NCBI GenBank assembly: GCA_964343085.1
Contig: CAYFIF010000001.1
Span: 1 to 54,172 of the forward strand
Direction: 5' to 3'
Source of the DNA: an uncultured bacterium
GTDB lineage: Bacteria > Fidelibacterota > Marinisomatia > Marinisomatales > UBA1611
Length of the DNA: 54,172 nucleotides
Shown here: one piece after another, positions 1-10,166 of the stretch
Numbering within the stretch: position 1 is the stretch's first letter
Layout: every line of letters begins with the position of its first letter
Position numbers and translations under genes: made by a program
The notes under the pieces: model-generated
Told to the model about the DNA's origin: nothing
The model's database searches: none
What the model saw: only the letters and a program-made list of their open reading frames with translations

Positions 1-3000
1 AGAAACATTCCAGTCCAAAGAATGCTTTCCGGGAGTATAATCTTTCTTACCAGTCGTAAAAACTAATTTTCCTAAAATATTGTGAATATATATTTCTGCT
101 ATTTGATTATCATTAAGTTCAAATCTAATGGTCAGTTTTGGGTTAAATGGATTGGGGAATAGATTAGTAATTCTATTTGACTTTGGGACTATACTTTTTT
201 GATCTATTTCAACTGTTTGAAATGATGTGTTAGCTTCGCCAGGAGAGCCAAAGTCAGATGATGCAGACCAAGAAGATGCAAGAGAATTATCCATTTCTGG
301 ATTAATTAGTTCTAGGCTGGGCCCATTTCCATCTGGTTCGGAGGGCCAAGGGGCCGTATCATCATATTCCAAAGAGTCAATAAGCGAATTGGATAGATTA
401 TATAACCGAACCTGATCTCCACCACCACTTAGACCAAAATCAAATGAGCCTATAACATTTTCAATATCAGGAAATACTGTATCAAACTGATTAATATTTC
501 TGGCGATAACTAGATAGTCTAATGCGGCAATTTCAGTACCATTTGGAATTGAAAAAAAATGCTCATCGTTATCATCTTTTAACAACCAACCTGAAATATC
601 TAAAGCAGATTGCCCTGGGTTATATAATTCAACCCAGTCTTCTGGATCAAAGCTGTTACTAGAATTATAATTAACCTCATTGATAATTATTATACTATCG
701 GAGCCGATAGTGGTTTGAGTGAATAATGCGGTATAGCTACTGTTATTATTAAAATTAGATATCGTCATGTTTGAAGCAGAGTCAGGATATTGAACCCACC
801 TAATAAAAGAATAACCTGGTTCAGGTATTGCTTTTATTTTGATAGGTATATTGGGGAAATAGTACCCGGTCCAACGCTCTATAATATTTAATGAATTTAT
901 TTTTATTTTTCCACTTCTTTGAGGCAATATATCTAGAATAATTTGATTCTGGTTTGGTAGGTCAAACTGTTGCTGAAGGTGACTGAGCGCGTAGGATGGT
1001 CTGTTTTCAGCAAAACTTACCATATTATTAATTTTATATTCCCAATTGAGCGCAGAGTTTGGCCAGTTTCCATTATTAAACCATCTGTCTTGATGTGACG
1101 AAATTTCATTTGAAATTGCAAATTTTATTGAGTCTAATTTGGGAATTAAATATTCTGGTTTAAATACAGAGTTCATTAAGTCGCAATAGATATTTATAAA
1201 AGTATTTTCAAAGTGATTGTTTTCCAATAATTTTCTAATAATAAAAGTACTCCATGGAGGGTTAGGCCACCCTGGACCATTAGATTCCAAGGCAAAATCA
1301 AGTGTATTGTGGCTGTATGCATTTTGATCCCAGATGCTAAATCCAAAATCTGTATCATAAAGGATCCACCTCCATTTTCCACCAGGTCGATGATCTCTCC
1401 AGAACTTTATATTATTGCCTGGCCAGTCCCGATTATCAATATATATCTGAAAGACCTGATAGTTAAAATAAGACTCTATATCTATCCAATTCTCAATTGC
1501 ATTCTGCACGCTTATATTATTTATATCTTCTGTCTCAAGGTAATCAAGGAGATTAATATAATCTGAATTAGTTCCGTGAATAATATTCCACTGATTATAT
1601 CCTTCAATATCTAAAAGATCTATATCATTAACGCTAAGATTATGGTTGTAGGCAATAAAATGTTCACTAACTTTTTCTCGAATATTTTGAATACCCCAGT
1701 AATCACCATTTAAATATAAAACAGCTGGTCTATATTGCTGGTGGTCTACATCTAGGCTATCAGCAATAGTAGTAATAAATCCATCTCGCATCATAGTAGA
1801 CTCCCAGTCATTACCTGAATTACGAAGTACAAAAGATTCATACGTTGAGAAGCTTAGCTCTGGGAAAAAACTATAATCAAACTGATTTGGTCCGTACTGA
1901 TTACGAGCAAAAATAGAAAGTGATTTTTGTGGAAAACCACGGCTCCACCCTCCAAATATTTTTGCACCGGCGTTTGCGCTATATCCGGAGCCATCTAGTT
2001 CTAATATTTCGAAGTGTATTGGTTTTTCCCAGTCTTCCCAAAAATTAGCTCCAAAATACGGAAAATTTGGATCAGCATCTAAGCCTAATGCATACATTCC
2101 ACTATCCTCATCAAAAAAACTATTTGGATCAGTGGTAATAAATATGATCGGTAAATCTTTTGGACTATCAAAAACATAAGTTTTTGACTCTATATCTGAT
2201 GGGAGCCAGCCGTCTAAAAAAGACCGAGCTCGGACAACAACATTTTGATTTGTTGTGTATGGATACTGGTACAAACTTGAAAAGGGTTGGGGCTCCGTAC
2301 CATCTATGGTGATACGTATTTCAGCATCTGGGTTTTCACTGGTAATGCCTATACTAATGGTTTGTCCAGGTTGATAAATTCCTGAGTTTTCTGAAAAAAG
2401 TGGTTTTGTTAATGCTCCACTATAACTTGGAGTGTTATTTGATGATCCAGGCGTTGGCTCGCCAAAAATGAGCCAAGAACCCGTTTCTTGATATTTACCT
2501 ATGGACATATCTGTTTGAAGTTGACCTGTATAAACTGAATCTAAAATTGTTTCATTTGCATCAGTTAAAACCACAGTCTCTCCATTTGAGTTAATTTTAA
2601 AATTAGTATGGAAAGATATATCAGGAATATCCATATCCGGATTAGGTGGGCGAACCGTGCCATTATCTATCCTAGTTTTATATCCAAGAGTAAGGAATGG
2701 TATGCAACTCATATCTGAAGAATTATTTGTATAGTTATGAACCTGAATGGCGAGTATATTATTTCCTGATATCAAAGGGAATTGTTCGAGGTCTAACCAG
2801 ATCGCTTCAGGGAAACCGCCTGAATAAATTTCAGCTTCATGAAGTGCATTGGTTAATTCATTGTATTCAACATCCGTGTTTGGTGCTCCAAGAGATCTGC
2901 GAGAAAACTCAATCCCATTTAAGTAGGCTATATAACCATCGTCATAATCAATATGAAACAAAAGTTTTGAAATATTATCAGGATCAGTAATATTAAATAT

Positions 3001-3483
3001 TTTTCTGATAAATATAGATGATGTTCCTGAAGGAACGTAGGTGTTGTCGTCATTATCACCATAGCCAAAGCCGCTTGCTCCTTCTTGCCAGTTTGAAACA
3101 TTTGTGTTTATATGATTCCAATTACTTACAGGCTGGCTGTTTCCTATCCAATATTTCCAATCATCACCCCAGTCAATAATTGCATCCCACTGCTGGACGA
3201 TATTCTTTCTGTCTTTATCCGAAGCAAAAACAATTAAAAATGTTTCAGATGCAATTATATATTCAGGGAAACTCCACTTGCAAATTTCATCTGGATCATC
3301 ACTCAGGCAAAATCCAGAAAGGTTTAGTTCTACATCCATTGGATTATAGATTTCAATCCAATCAGGTGAATCATTATCTTCATCAAAAAGAGTCGACCCA
3401 TTACTTGAAACTATCTCATTCAACTGTAAAGACTGCGAAAAAACGGAGTGTATTAGTAGAATTAAATATAATTTTTTATGCAT
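1..3483 (-). CDS. CotH kinase-fold family secreted protein with lamin-tail (LTD) domains and a T9SS C-terminal sorting domain; 3' end cut by the window edge
   Basis: Not in the supplied ORF track because there is no stop inside the window. My own minus-strand translation from ATG 3483-3481 is open for 1161 codons down to position 1. It starts with MHKKLYLILLIHSVFSQ (signal peptide) and LQLNEIVSSN..DWIEIYNP..LSGFCLSDD (LTD). CotH-type motifs are AKIFGGWSRGFPQKSLSIFAR, FVLRNSGNDW and VLYLNGDYWGIQNIREK. A second LTD reads IIIINEVNYNSS..DWVELYNPG. The protein ends in FPNPFNPKLTIRFEL (T9SS type-A CTD, about 1-170). Confidence 0.8.
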   Translation of the reverse strand, partial: MHKKLYLILLIHSVFSQSLQLNEIVSSNGSTLFDEDNDSPDWIEIYNPMDVELNLSGFCLSDDPDEICKWSFPEYIIASETFLIVFASDKDRKNIVQQWDAIIDWGDDWKYWIGNSQPVSNWNHINTNVSNWQEGASGFGYGDNDDNTYVPSGTSSIFIRKIFNITDPDNISKLLFHIDYDDGYIAYLNGIEFSRRSLGAPNTDVEYNELTNALHEAEIYSGGFPEAIWLDLEQFPLISGNNILAIQVHNYTNNSSDMSCIPFLTLGYKTRIDNGTVRPPNPDMDIPDISFHTNFKINSNGETVVLTDANETILDSVYTGQLQTDMSIGKYQETGSWLIFGEPTPGSSNNTPSYSGALTKPLFSENSGIYQPGQTISIGITSENPDAEIRITIDGTEPQPFSSLYQYPYTTNQNVVVRARSFLDGWLPSDIESKTYVFDSPKDLPIIFITTDPNSFFDEDSGMYALGLDADPNFPYFGANFWEDWEKPIHFEILELDGSGYSANAGAKIFGGWSRGFPQKSLSIFARNQYGPNQFDYSFFPELSFSTYESFVLRNSGNDWESTMMRDGFITTIADSLDVDHQQYRPAVLYLNGDYWGIQNIREKVSEHFIAYNHNLSVNDIDLLDIEGYNQWNIIHGTNSDYINLLDYLETEDINNISVQNAIENWIDIESYFNYQVFQIYIDNRDWPGNNIKFWRDHRPGGKWRWILYDTDFGFSIWDQNAYSHNTLDFALESNGPGWPNPPWSTFIIRKLLENNHFENTFINIYCDLMNSVFKPEYLIPKLDSIKFAISNEISSHQDRWFNNGNWPNSALNWEYKINNMVSFAENRPSYALSHLQQQFDLPNQNQIILDILPQRSGKIKINSLNIIERWTGYYFPNIPIKIKAIPEPGYSFIRWVQYPDSASNMTISNFNNNSSYTALFTQTTIGSDSIIIINEVNYNSSNSFDPEDWVELYNPGQSALDISGWLLKDDNDEHFFSIPNGTEIAALDYLVIARNINQFDTVFPDIENVIGSFDFGLSGGGDQVRLYNLSNSLIDSLEYDDTAPWPSEPDGNGPSLELINPEMDNSLASSWSASSDFGSPGEANTSFQTVEIDQKSIVPKSNRITNLFPNPFNPKLTIRFELNDNQIAEIYIHNILGKLVFTTGKKDYTPGKHSLDWNVS

Positions 3484-3514
3484 AAATAATATATAATTCA
3501 AAACAGAAATTAAT

Positions 3515-5377
3515 TTAATCCTTTTTAGTAAGATTAATCTCACTATACTTAGCCGCAGTAAGTTGTGAGTCATCATGACTCAAGGCGACAATACCTACAA
3601 ATAGGTTTTCACCCCAGTCTTTAATATTTAGTTCTCCGTACTTAGTCCAAGCGCTATTCTCAAAAATATAAAAACTTAATAGACTGTTCCTTCTGATTGT
3701 TTTTAGCTTTACCAGGTCCCATTCCAAATCAGGCCCTCTGTTTGCTTCCATTCTCTTTCCATTTTTTTCTCTAAAACCAAATTCAGTATTTCCTCCTGGA
3801 AAAATATTTATGAGCCCATGAGCTGAGTTTGTTTTAAGATTAGATCTGACCATTATGCCTGCTTTTGCATAACTGTGTGTATATAGTAGGTTATTTATTC
3901 TAACAGAAAATTCAAAATCTGTATTAAGTTTTTGATAAACAAACCTAAACTGATCTTTATCAGTCCATATATCATTACCTGCCCCATATAGAATCAAAGT
4001 GTCGGCTGATACAATTTGGCCACCTTTCAAGGGTCTTCCGATATCTTTAACTAGCCACTTATCTGGCAATTCATCTGTACCCGGTGGGGATAGAATTTTG
4101 GGAGGTTTTGGTGGTAGTGAGTCCAATTGACTGGGTTCTTTAATAGTTGTTAACCAAAATCTAAGATCTTCATCTATAGCATATTTTAAATTACCAAAAT
4201 ATTTAAACCAGTCTTTTATATCACTATAGCTAGCTTTCTCTATATCAATTTTTTTTAATTTTTCTTTATTGGTGACCATTCCCCAATTTGATTTTTTGAT
4301 TCCTCCATGGGTTTTAAATACTTTGTAAGACCACATAGTAGCGGGCCAATTATTTTTTTTATAAATATCAAAATACCTGCGCATCATTTCGCCTCCTCCC
4401 GCAGATTGGAAGACGACATTAAATTCCCCAATTAAGAGAGGTGAGTTGAATTGATTCATTTTATTAATCCACAACGGAATTGTATTTTGAATGAAGTCGG
4501 TATGGGTAAAGAGCGTGGGAGGGCCACCACCAAATAGACCGGGGTAAAAGTGCATAGTATAAATTATGTTTTCCACCTTAACTGAACGTATATTTTTATA
4601 GAAGTCTATTCCACTTCTGTGTCCTGGAAAAATAATAATGTGCCTATCATTATTACGCCTTATTTCACTATAAATTTTCAGGATTATTTTTTTTAAGTTT
4701 TTTTCGCTACTTCCCCAAGGTTCGTTTAGCAGATCATAGGCTGCGATTGTTCCTTCATTTTTATATCGTTCCGAAATTTGCTTCCAGAGCCAGATAGTTT
4801 GTTCCTGATATAATTTTTCATCCCAAAGTTTATTAAAATCAACTTCTCCAGAATGGTCCATACCGCTTTGGCGTCCAGGTGCGCCGTGCATATCAAGAAT
4901 AACATACATATTTCGTTTTTTTGCCATTTCTATTGTGTAGTCAATCCATTTCCATGCGTCTTCTTTTAGTCTGAATGGCTTAAGGTCTGATTCCATTAAT
5001 ATTTTATAATCAAATGGAAGTCTTACGGTGTTCATTCCAAATGATTTAATAATGTCCATATCTTTTTCGGTAATCCAATTTTCTCTATATACTTCCATTA
5101 ATTTATAGGCTTTTTCAGCGCCAAATCTATTTTCCAAAGTTTCTATGAATTGTTTTTGATCATGGATCCCTCGTCCTGCATAATCGAGCATCCACATTTC
5201 AAGAATAAGCCAGTTACCCAAGTTGCATCCTTCTAAAAACACAGGCTGATTGGCTTCATCTAGTATTTTTTGATTTTTAACCTTTATCAAGCCTGATGCA
5301 TTTAAAAACACCGTAATAAATACTATTTTAAAAAATAACCGCAATAAATAAAAAAATTCTATTTTTATATTTTTCAT
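3515..5377 (-). CDS. GH5 family beta-glucanase with a C-terminal ConA-like/laminin-G-like module (secreted or periplasmic)
   Basis: 620-aa ORF with a hydrophobic N-terminus. GH5 hallmarks are FLEGCNLGNWLILEMW, VRLPFDY, the acid/base NEP in DLLNEPWG and the nucleophile region LLIGEFN. The C-terminal module shows GAGNDIWTDKDQFRFVYQ..YAKAGIMVRS. Confidence 0.8.
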   Translation of the reverse strand: MKNIKIEFFYLLRLFFKIVFITVFLNASGLIKVKNQKILDEANQPVFLEGCNLGNWLILEMWMLDYAGRGIHDQKQFIETLENRFGAEKAYKLMEVYRENWITEKDMDIIKSFGMNTVRLPFDYKILMESDLKPFRLKEDAWKWIDYTIEMAKKRNMYVILDMHGAPGRQSGMDHSGEVDFNKLWDEKLYQEQTIWLWKQISERYKNEGTIAAYDLLNEPWGSSEKNLKKIILKIYSEIRRNNDRHIIIFPGHRSGIDFYKNIRSVKVENIIYTMHFYPGLFGGGPPTLFTHTDFIQNTIPLWINKMNQFNSPLLIGEFNVVFQSAGGGEMMRRYFDIYKKNNWPATMWSYKVFKTHGGIKKSNWGMVTNKEKLKKIDIEKASYSDIKDWFKYFGNLKYAIDEDLRFWLTTIKEPSQLDSLPPKPPKILSPPGTDELPDKWLVKDIGRPLKGGQIVSADTLILYGAGNDIWTDKDQFRFVYQKLNTDFEFSVRINNLLYTHSYAKAGIMVRSNLKTNSAHGLINIFPGGNTEFGFREKNGKRMEANRGPDLEWDLVKLKTIRRNSLLSFYIFENSAWTKYGELNIKDWGENLFVGIVALSHDDSQLTAAKYSEINLTKKD

Positions 5378-5386
5378 GTTTTAACC

Positions 5387-8300
5387 CTAAAAATTTATAT
5401 TTTTCTTATCCATGAAATATTGAATACTATCTATATTTCCCTTTCTGGTAAATAAATCTTTACAAATTCTAAAATTAATTACTGAATCATGAATTTTTTT
5501 TACTGAGCCATCCAAATATGTTATTATTATTTTTTCCTTAACTGGATGATTAATATCATAAATAATTGGAACCTGATTGAATGTAAATAGGAGCTGGTTT
5601 TTCTTGACCTTTATTTTTGATTCGCCAGTAGCTATGCTATAATGATTGAAAACTTTGGACCTAGTTAAAAATTCTGATTTTCTAAGTAAAAAAGGTGCAA
5701 AAACGAGCTTTCCTTTTTTAATAAAACAACCCAGTTCTCCAAAACGTGTTAAAATCTCTTCCTTTACTTGCCCAGTCATTCCAGGTTGCTGCGCGCCGGA
5801 ATGTGATGGAGAGTGCGAATATGGGTCAAAAGGAAAAGCACCATACTGTTTTGGTGTTTTTGCAGAGCTAAGACCACCTCTTATTTTGTAATAGAGTTTT
5901 CCAAGGGTAGTAAGTTCTGGATTTTTTGGGTTCTTTTTATAAAAATGATAAAAATTTTCCTGAACACTAAGAAGTAATTTGGCAACCATATGCCAGTATA
6001 TGGAGCCAATTCCCTCGTATGAAAACATTGTCCCAGATCGACCTGTATAATATCTGTGTTTAAAAACTGATTCGTAAATTTCAAGTATTTGAAGGTACTC
6101 ACTATCAATTAATTTTTTATATTTAGTCTCATTTTTTTTCAAAATGTTAAGTGCAGTTTTTAAATCAAATTCATTTTTTAAATCTGGATTAAATCGTATG
6201 TTATTTTTTGCATCTAAATTTACAATCCTAGTATCCCCTAAATCGATTAGCATTTTTAATGTTGAGCATTTTTCAAAAAGGGTTTTAGGGATTATGTTTT
6301 TATTAAGGAATGATACTATTTCTTTTGAAGGATAAAGGATAAAACTATTTTGATTTTTTCTATACAGTCTGCTACTGTATATAGCCTTAATTGTAGCAAT
6401 AACTTTGTCCAATGGGAGTCTTCCCGAACTCAAAGCAGCAACCTGGCCTTCCAGCATAATGCTAAGTTTATCAATCTGAGCTGAATTTTTTGATATGTTT
6501 AGGTCAATTATATTATATGCATTGAACAATCCATTTTTTTCATTAGAGTCAATTGTATGATCTAATATTTTTTTGCTAATCTCTAAAAAATCATATAATT
6601 CCTTGGCTTTTATCAAGCTTTTTTTCCTAAAACCCTTTTCATAAACCTTATTCCTATATGATGAGAATGCTTCTCCAGAGCCCATAATAAATTCCATCCT
6701 GATTTTATTATAATCTTTTTGATGGTTTCGTTTTTTATCCAGCTCTATTAGTAGGCTATTAATTTCAAAAAACCATTGAGCAACCTCTCTTGATATTGAC
6801 AAAGATTTTAGATCAGCTTGCTTTAAAATTTTCTGGAAAAAATTAATAAACCTCCTCAAATAATAAACGGTTACCATTGATGCTCCATAACCGACTAAAG
6901 CATTATTAGCATCGTTCCACTCAGGTCTTTGGGTATTTAGCCAGATACCACCGTCAGGGATGAGATTGGATAATTTAGCAAGTGCTAAAACAATTAATTT
7001 TTCACATAGATTTACATGGTATATATTTTTTTTGTTATCCTGAACAAGTTTGATATCAGTACCATAGACATTAACTAAAGCCATGATTTTTTTATTTTTT
7101 TTGAAGTCAAAGTTAATTGTCTCTTTAGGATTAGAAATTATTTCAGAAAACGATCGCAATCTGTAGGGTACATTGGCATAAGAATAAATTTCTAGAGAGA
7201 GGTTGTTAGTCAGTGTTTTATTGCTATAGTTATTTAGATGCTCAAGAAGCTTTTGCAAATAAATTATTTGATGATCATTCCAATAGCCTATATAACTCCA
7301 TGAATCATTAGGGTCGCTTACTTCCCAATCGATTCCATCGCTATCTATGCGATAAGGGTTATATCCGTCTACGGTTGTTGCATTGACAAATTTAGATATC
7401 ATTGAGTTTATTGATAAAGGAAAGCTCAAACCTAGGGCTTCCCAATTTTGGAAAATATCCCTCCAGTTTCCTTCATAATAGAGTAATTCACTGTTATTAT
7501 TATCTTTGGTTTTTATCTCAAATCTATTCCAAGGTCTGCTCGGGTCTCCATGTCGACGACCTAATCTAAGTGGAAGATATTCTCGACACAATCTCATGAT
7601 AGATTGATCTTTTGTTTCATTTGAGAAGTGAATTAATTGGTCCAAACTAACAGTAGCTTTATTTTGATTGAATCTATTTTTGAAGATTTTGTAGGCCTTT
7701 TTATTTCTAGTTTTGAGATTTTCAATAAAATCAGATAATCTAACATTATATTGATTATTAAATACTCCCCCTCTTAGAATATTAAATAGTACATTAGCAG
7801 TGTGATGGAGATCGTTAATATTTGATCGAGTAATTTGAAAACCATCAGCAGAGGCTATGGCATAAACTAACTTATTATGATTACTGATTATGCCTTGTTC
7901 GGTGTCATCAATTATATTTTTGGAGTTATTAAGCGATTTTATTATATGTGTTATCTCAGTTTGAGTTTTGTTTACATCGGCAAATAAATACCATTTCGAT
8001 TCTTCTTTAGGCTTTAACCGCAAACTTGATTTAGTTAGGATGCAGCCAGGTTTACCCGTGACAGTGTATTTTTTTCTAAATCTACCATTTTTTTTGAAAT
8101 TAAAAATTTCTTTATCAGAGACGGATACTTCAAGACTGTTTTCTGAATAGTATGAAACAATATTTGCCCTTAATGATTCTCCAGGCTGAGGTCTATCCAT
8201 TATTAATGAATTTAGGTAAAATAGTGAGCATTTTTTTTTGGGTAAATGCTCTGTTACTTTGTAAGCGTTTGCGAGGTTGTTCATCTCCTGTGTGGTTCGT

Positions 8301-8791
8301 AATCCTATGCCCGCAGGCAAGATATTCAACAAGCCATCAAGTATATCCAGTCTTATTGAATTTTTATTTTGATTTGTGATGGAACATTTTCTTATAAAAC
8401 CATGTTCAGAGTTTGAGTGCCACTGATAGTAAAAATTAAGTCCAAGATCATTATTGATTTCTTCAAAGATAATTGTATTTCCGATGCTATTTTTATAAAG
8501 ATTGCGATTTAGGTTAAACATATCGTTATTATTTGAGAAAGGTTCCCAGACAAGATCTTGATTGCCTTTTTTTATTCTAATAATTGTAATCGGACCAGTA
8601 AAGCTACTGTTTTTATGTAGTATGTCATCAGTGACATAAGGGAAAAGTGCAAACTCTGCTTTATTTCTTCCAGCTGTTAGACAACCTGTACTTGATATGT
8701 ACATCCAATGGTCTTCACCACTGGTAATGGTCATTAAAAATGGATCCATTAGATGAAAATCAGATATTTTATAAAAGGAAGAATCAATCAT
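5387..8791 (-). CDS. Large cytoplasmic GH94-superfamily-like glycoside phosphorylase, possibly a beta-1,3-glucan phosphorylase (GH149/GH161-like)
   Basis: 1134-aa ORF with no signal peptide, sitting between GH30 and GH5 in a beta-glucan operon. It contains RPEWNDANNAL (about 6901-6935), which resembles the (D/E)WND catalytic-Asp motif of GH94-type phosphorylases, and GRRHGDPSRPWNRFEI (about 7520-7565). Size and context fit GH149. The assignment is from memory of motifs only. Confidence 0.45.
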   Translation of the reverse strand: MIDSSFYKISDFHLMDPFLMTITSGEDHWMYISSTGCLTAGRNKAEFALFPYVTDDILHKNSSFTGPITIIRIKKGNQDLVWEPFSNNNDMFNLNRNLYKNSIGNTIIFEEINNDLGLNFYYQWHSNSEHGFIRKCSITNQNKNSIRLDILDGLLNILPAGIGLRTTQEMNNLANAYKVTEHLPKKKCSLFYLNSLIMDRPQPGESLRANIVSYYSENSLEVSVSDKEIFNFKKNGRFRKKYTVTGKPGCILTKSSLRLKPKEESKWYLFADVNKTQTEITHIIKSLNNSKNIIDDTEQGIISNHNKLVYAIASADGFQITRSNINDLHHTANVLFNILRGGVFNNQYNVRLSDFIENLKTRNKKAYKIFKNRFNQNKATVSLDQLIHFSNETKDQSIMRLCREYLPLRLGRRHGDPSRPWNRFEIKTKDNNNSELLYYEGNWRDIFQNWEALGLSFPLSINSMISKFVNATTVDGYNPYRIDSDGIDWEVSDPNDSWSYIGYWNDHQIIYLQKLLEHLNNYSNKTLTNNLSLEIYSYANVPYRLRSFSEIISNPKETINFDFKKNKKIMALVNVYGTDIKLVQDNKKNIYHVNLCEKLIVLALAKLSNLIPDGGIWLNTQRPEWNDANNALVGYGASMVTVYYLRRFINFFQKILKQADLKSLSISREVAQWFFEINSLLIELDKKRNHQKDYNKIRMEFIMGSGEAFSSYRNKVYEKGFRKKSLIKAKELYDFLEISKKILDHTIDSNEKNGLFNAYNIIDLNISKNSAQIDKLSIMLEGQVAALSSGRLPLDKVIATIKAIYSSRLYRKNQNSFILYPSKEIVSFLNKNIIPKTLFEKCSTLKMLIDLGDTRIVNLDAKNNIRFNPDLKNEFDLKTALNILKKNETKYKKLIDSEYLQILEIYESVFKHRYYTGRSGTMFSYEGIGSIYWHMVAKLLLSVQENFYHFYKKNPKNPELTTLGKLYYKIRGGLSSAKTPKQYGAFPFDPYSHSPSHSGAQQPGMTGQVKEEILTRFGELGCFIKKGKLVFAPFLLRKSEFLTRSKVFNHYSIATGESKIKVKKNQLLFTFNQVPIIYDINHPVKEKIIITYLDGSVKKIHDSVINFRICKDLFTRKGNIDSIQYFMDKKNINF

Positions 8792-8808
8792 TAAATTAAA
8801 TAAATATA

Positions 8809-10161
8809 TTAACTAATATTTGAAGCAGCTTCTGTAATTGTAATAATAGATCTTGGCGGTAGTAAAAAGCCCTCAACAGTTTTTCCGTTAACATAATTAA
8901 AGCCAACTGGTTTTTTCTTTTTGTTCATTACAATAGTGTTAACAGTTCCAGTCTTATTGATTGATGATAGTGCGAGCAAATCACCACTGTTTAGATTTGT
9001 TTCAATAATATTATCTCCACGCTTAATGAAACGAGAAAAATGCCCAAGATAATAATAAGAACTTTGGTATAATATATTTTGATTTTTTGTGTCAACAATA
9101 ATTGGCGCACTGCAGAGGTTTTGTACATGGTTAGGTCCGCCCGTTTCATCTAAAATAAGATTCCAATCTATCCAGGCAACGGTCCAACGGTTAAGATCAT
9201 TAATTATAGAAGTAGCGTATCGCTCACCTAGTTCCCACGATCCAATATGCGGACCATTTTCCTGGCACCCTTCAGTAAAAATTAAATTTTTATCAGGGAA
9301 TCGATCATGGACTTCTTGGACAGCATCAAAATGATCTCCATTATACCAATGAAACCCAGTTCCCCATACATATTTTGAAGCAATCTCGTCACTTAAAACT
9401 GTGGATGCCCTTTCGACCATAATATCTCTATTGTGGTCCCATATTACTAATTTTTTTTGCATTAGATTATTTTTTTCCAGTGCTGGTCCTAAGAACTTTT
9501 TTATAAAATCTCGCTCTTCTTCGGCTGTATATATACAGGAATCCCAGGTTTGTTTTGCCATTGGCTCATTCTGGACTGAAATGCCCCAGATTTGAATTCC
9601 CTCTTTTTCGTATTCAAAAATATATCTGCAATAATATTCTGCCCAGGCACTTTGATATTCACTAATGAGTTTACCGCCATTGTTCATTTCGCCGTTTGTT
9701 TTCATCCAAGCTGGAGGACTCCATGGGGAAGCTAAAATAAAAACAGGATCTATTGCGAATTCAATGCTGGCTTTGATAAAAGGGATTAGCCATTTTTTAT
9801 CTCTTGATATAGAAAATTTATTTAACTCGACATCGCCAGGTTCCTCAGTATACGCATAATTTCCAAGTGAAAAATCACAGCTGTTGATATGAGTCCGTGC
9901 GAAATTATATTGATTCCCATCTTTCCCAAAATAAGCACTGATAAGCTCATTTTTTTTATCTTCGTCTAGTTTACTATATACATACGCTGACGCCTCGGTA
10001 AAGGCACCTCCAAAACCTAGGATGGACTGTTTTTTATTATTGTTAACTATTAAACTAGGTAATTGTTCTGGGTTAGAAATACTGATTTGTTTTGGATCTA
10101 TATTTTCCAATTTTTGGCTGGTGTCTTTAGATGTAATTGAAATTGAAATATTTTTGCCCAT
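8809..10161 (-). CDS. GH30 family glycosidase (beta-1,6-glucanase/glucosylceramidase-like), cytoplasmic
   Basis: 450 aa. Motifs are GFGGAFTEASAY, ISVQNEP (acid/base) and IFTEGC (nucleophile). There is no signal peptide. Confidence 0.85.
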   Translation of the reverse strand: MGKNISISITSKDTSQKLENIDPKQISISNPEQLPSLIVNNNKKQSILGFGGAFTEASAYVYSKLDEDKKNELISAYFGKDGNQYNFARTHINSCDFSLGNYAYTEEPGDVELNKFSISRDKKWLIPFIKASIEFAIDPVFILASPWSPPAWMKTNGEMNNGGKLISEYQSAWAEYYCRYIFEYEKEGIQIWGISVQNEPMAKQTWDSCIYTAEEERDFIKKFLGPALEKNNLMQKKLVIWDHNRDIMVERASTVLSDEIASKYVWGTGFHWYNGDHFDAVQEVHDRFPDKNLIFTEGCQENGPHIGSWELGERYATSIINDLNRWTVAWIDWNLILDETGGPNHVQNLCSAPIIVDTKNQNILYQSSYYYLGHFSRFIKRGDNIIETNLNSGDLLALSSINKTGTVNTIVMNKKKKPVGFNYVNGKTVEGFLLPPRSIITITEAASNIS

Positions 10162-10166
10162 ATTTT

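Noticed and set aside
227-3485. Short ORFs are listed in the track within 1-3485 (for example 227-415, 1194-1382, 1309-1566, 2697-2990, 3180-3485).
   Set aside because: All of them overlap the long open minus-strand CotH-family frame (1-3483), which has coherent domain content. The short ORFs have no recognisable features.
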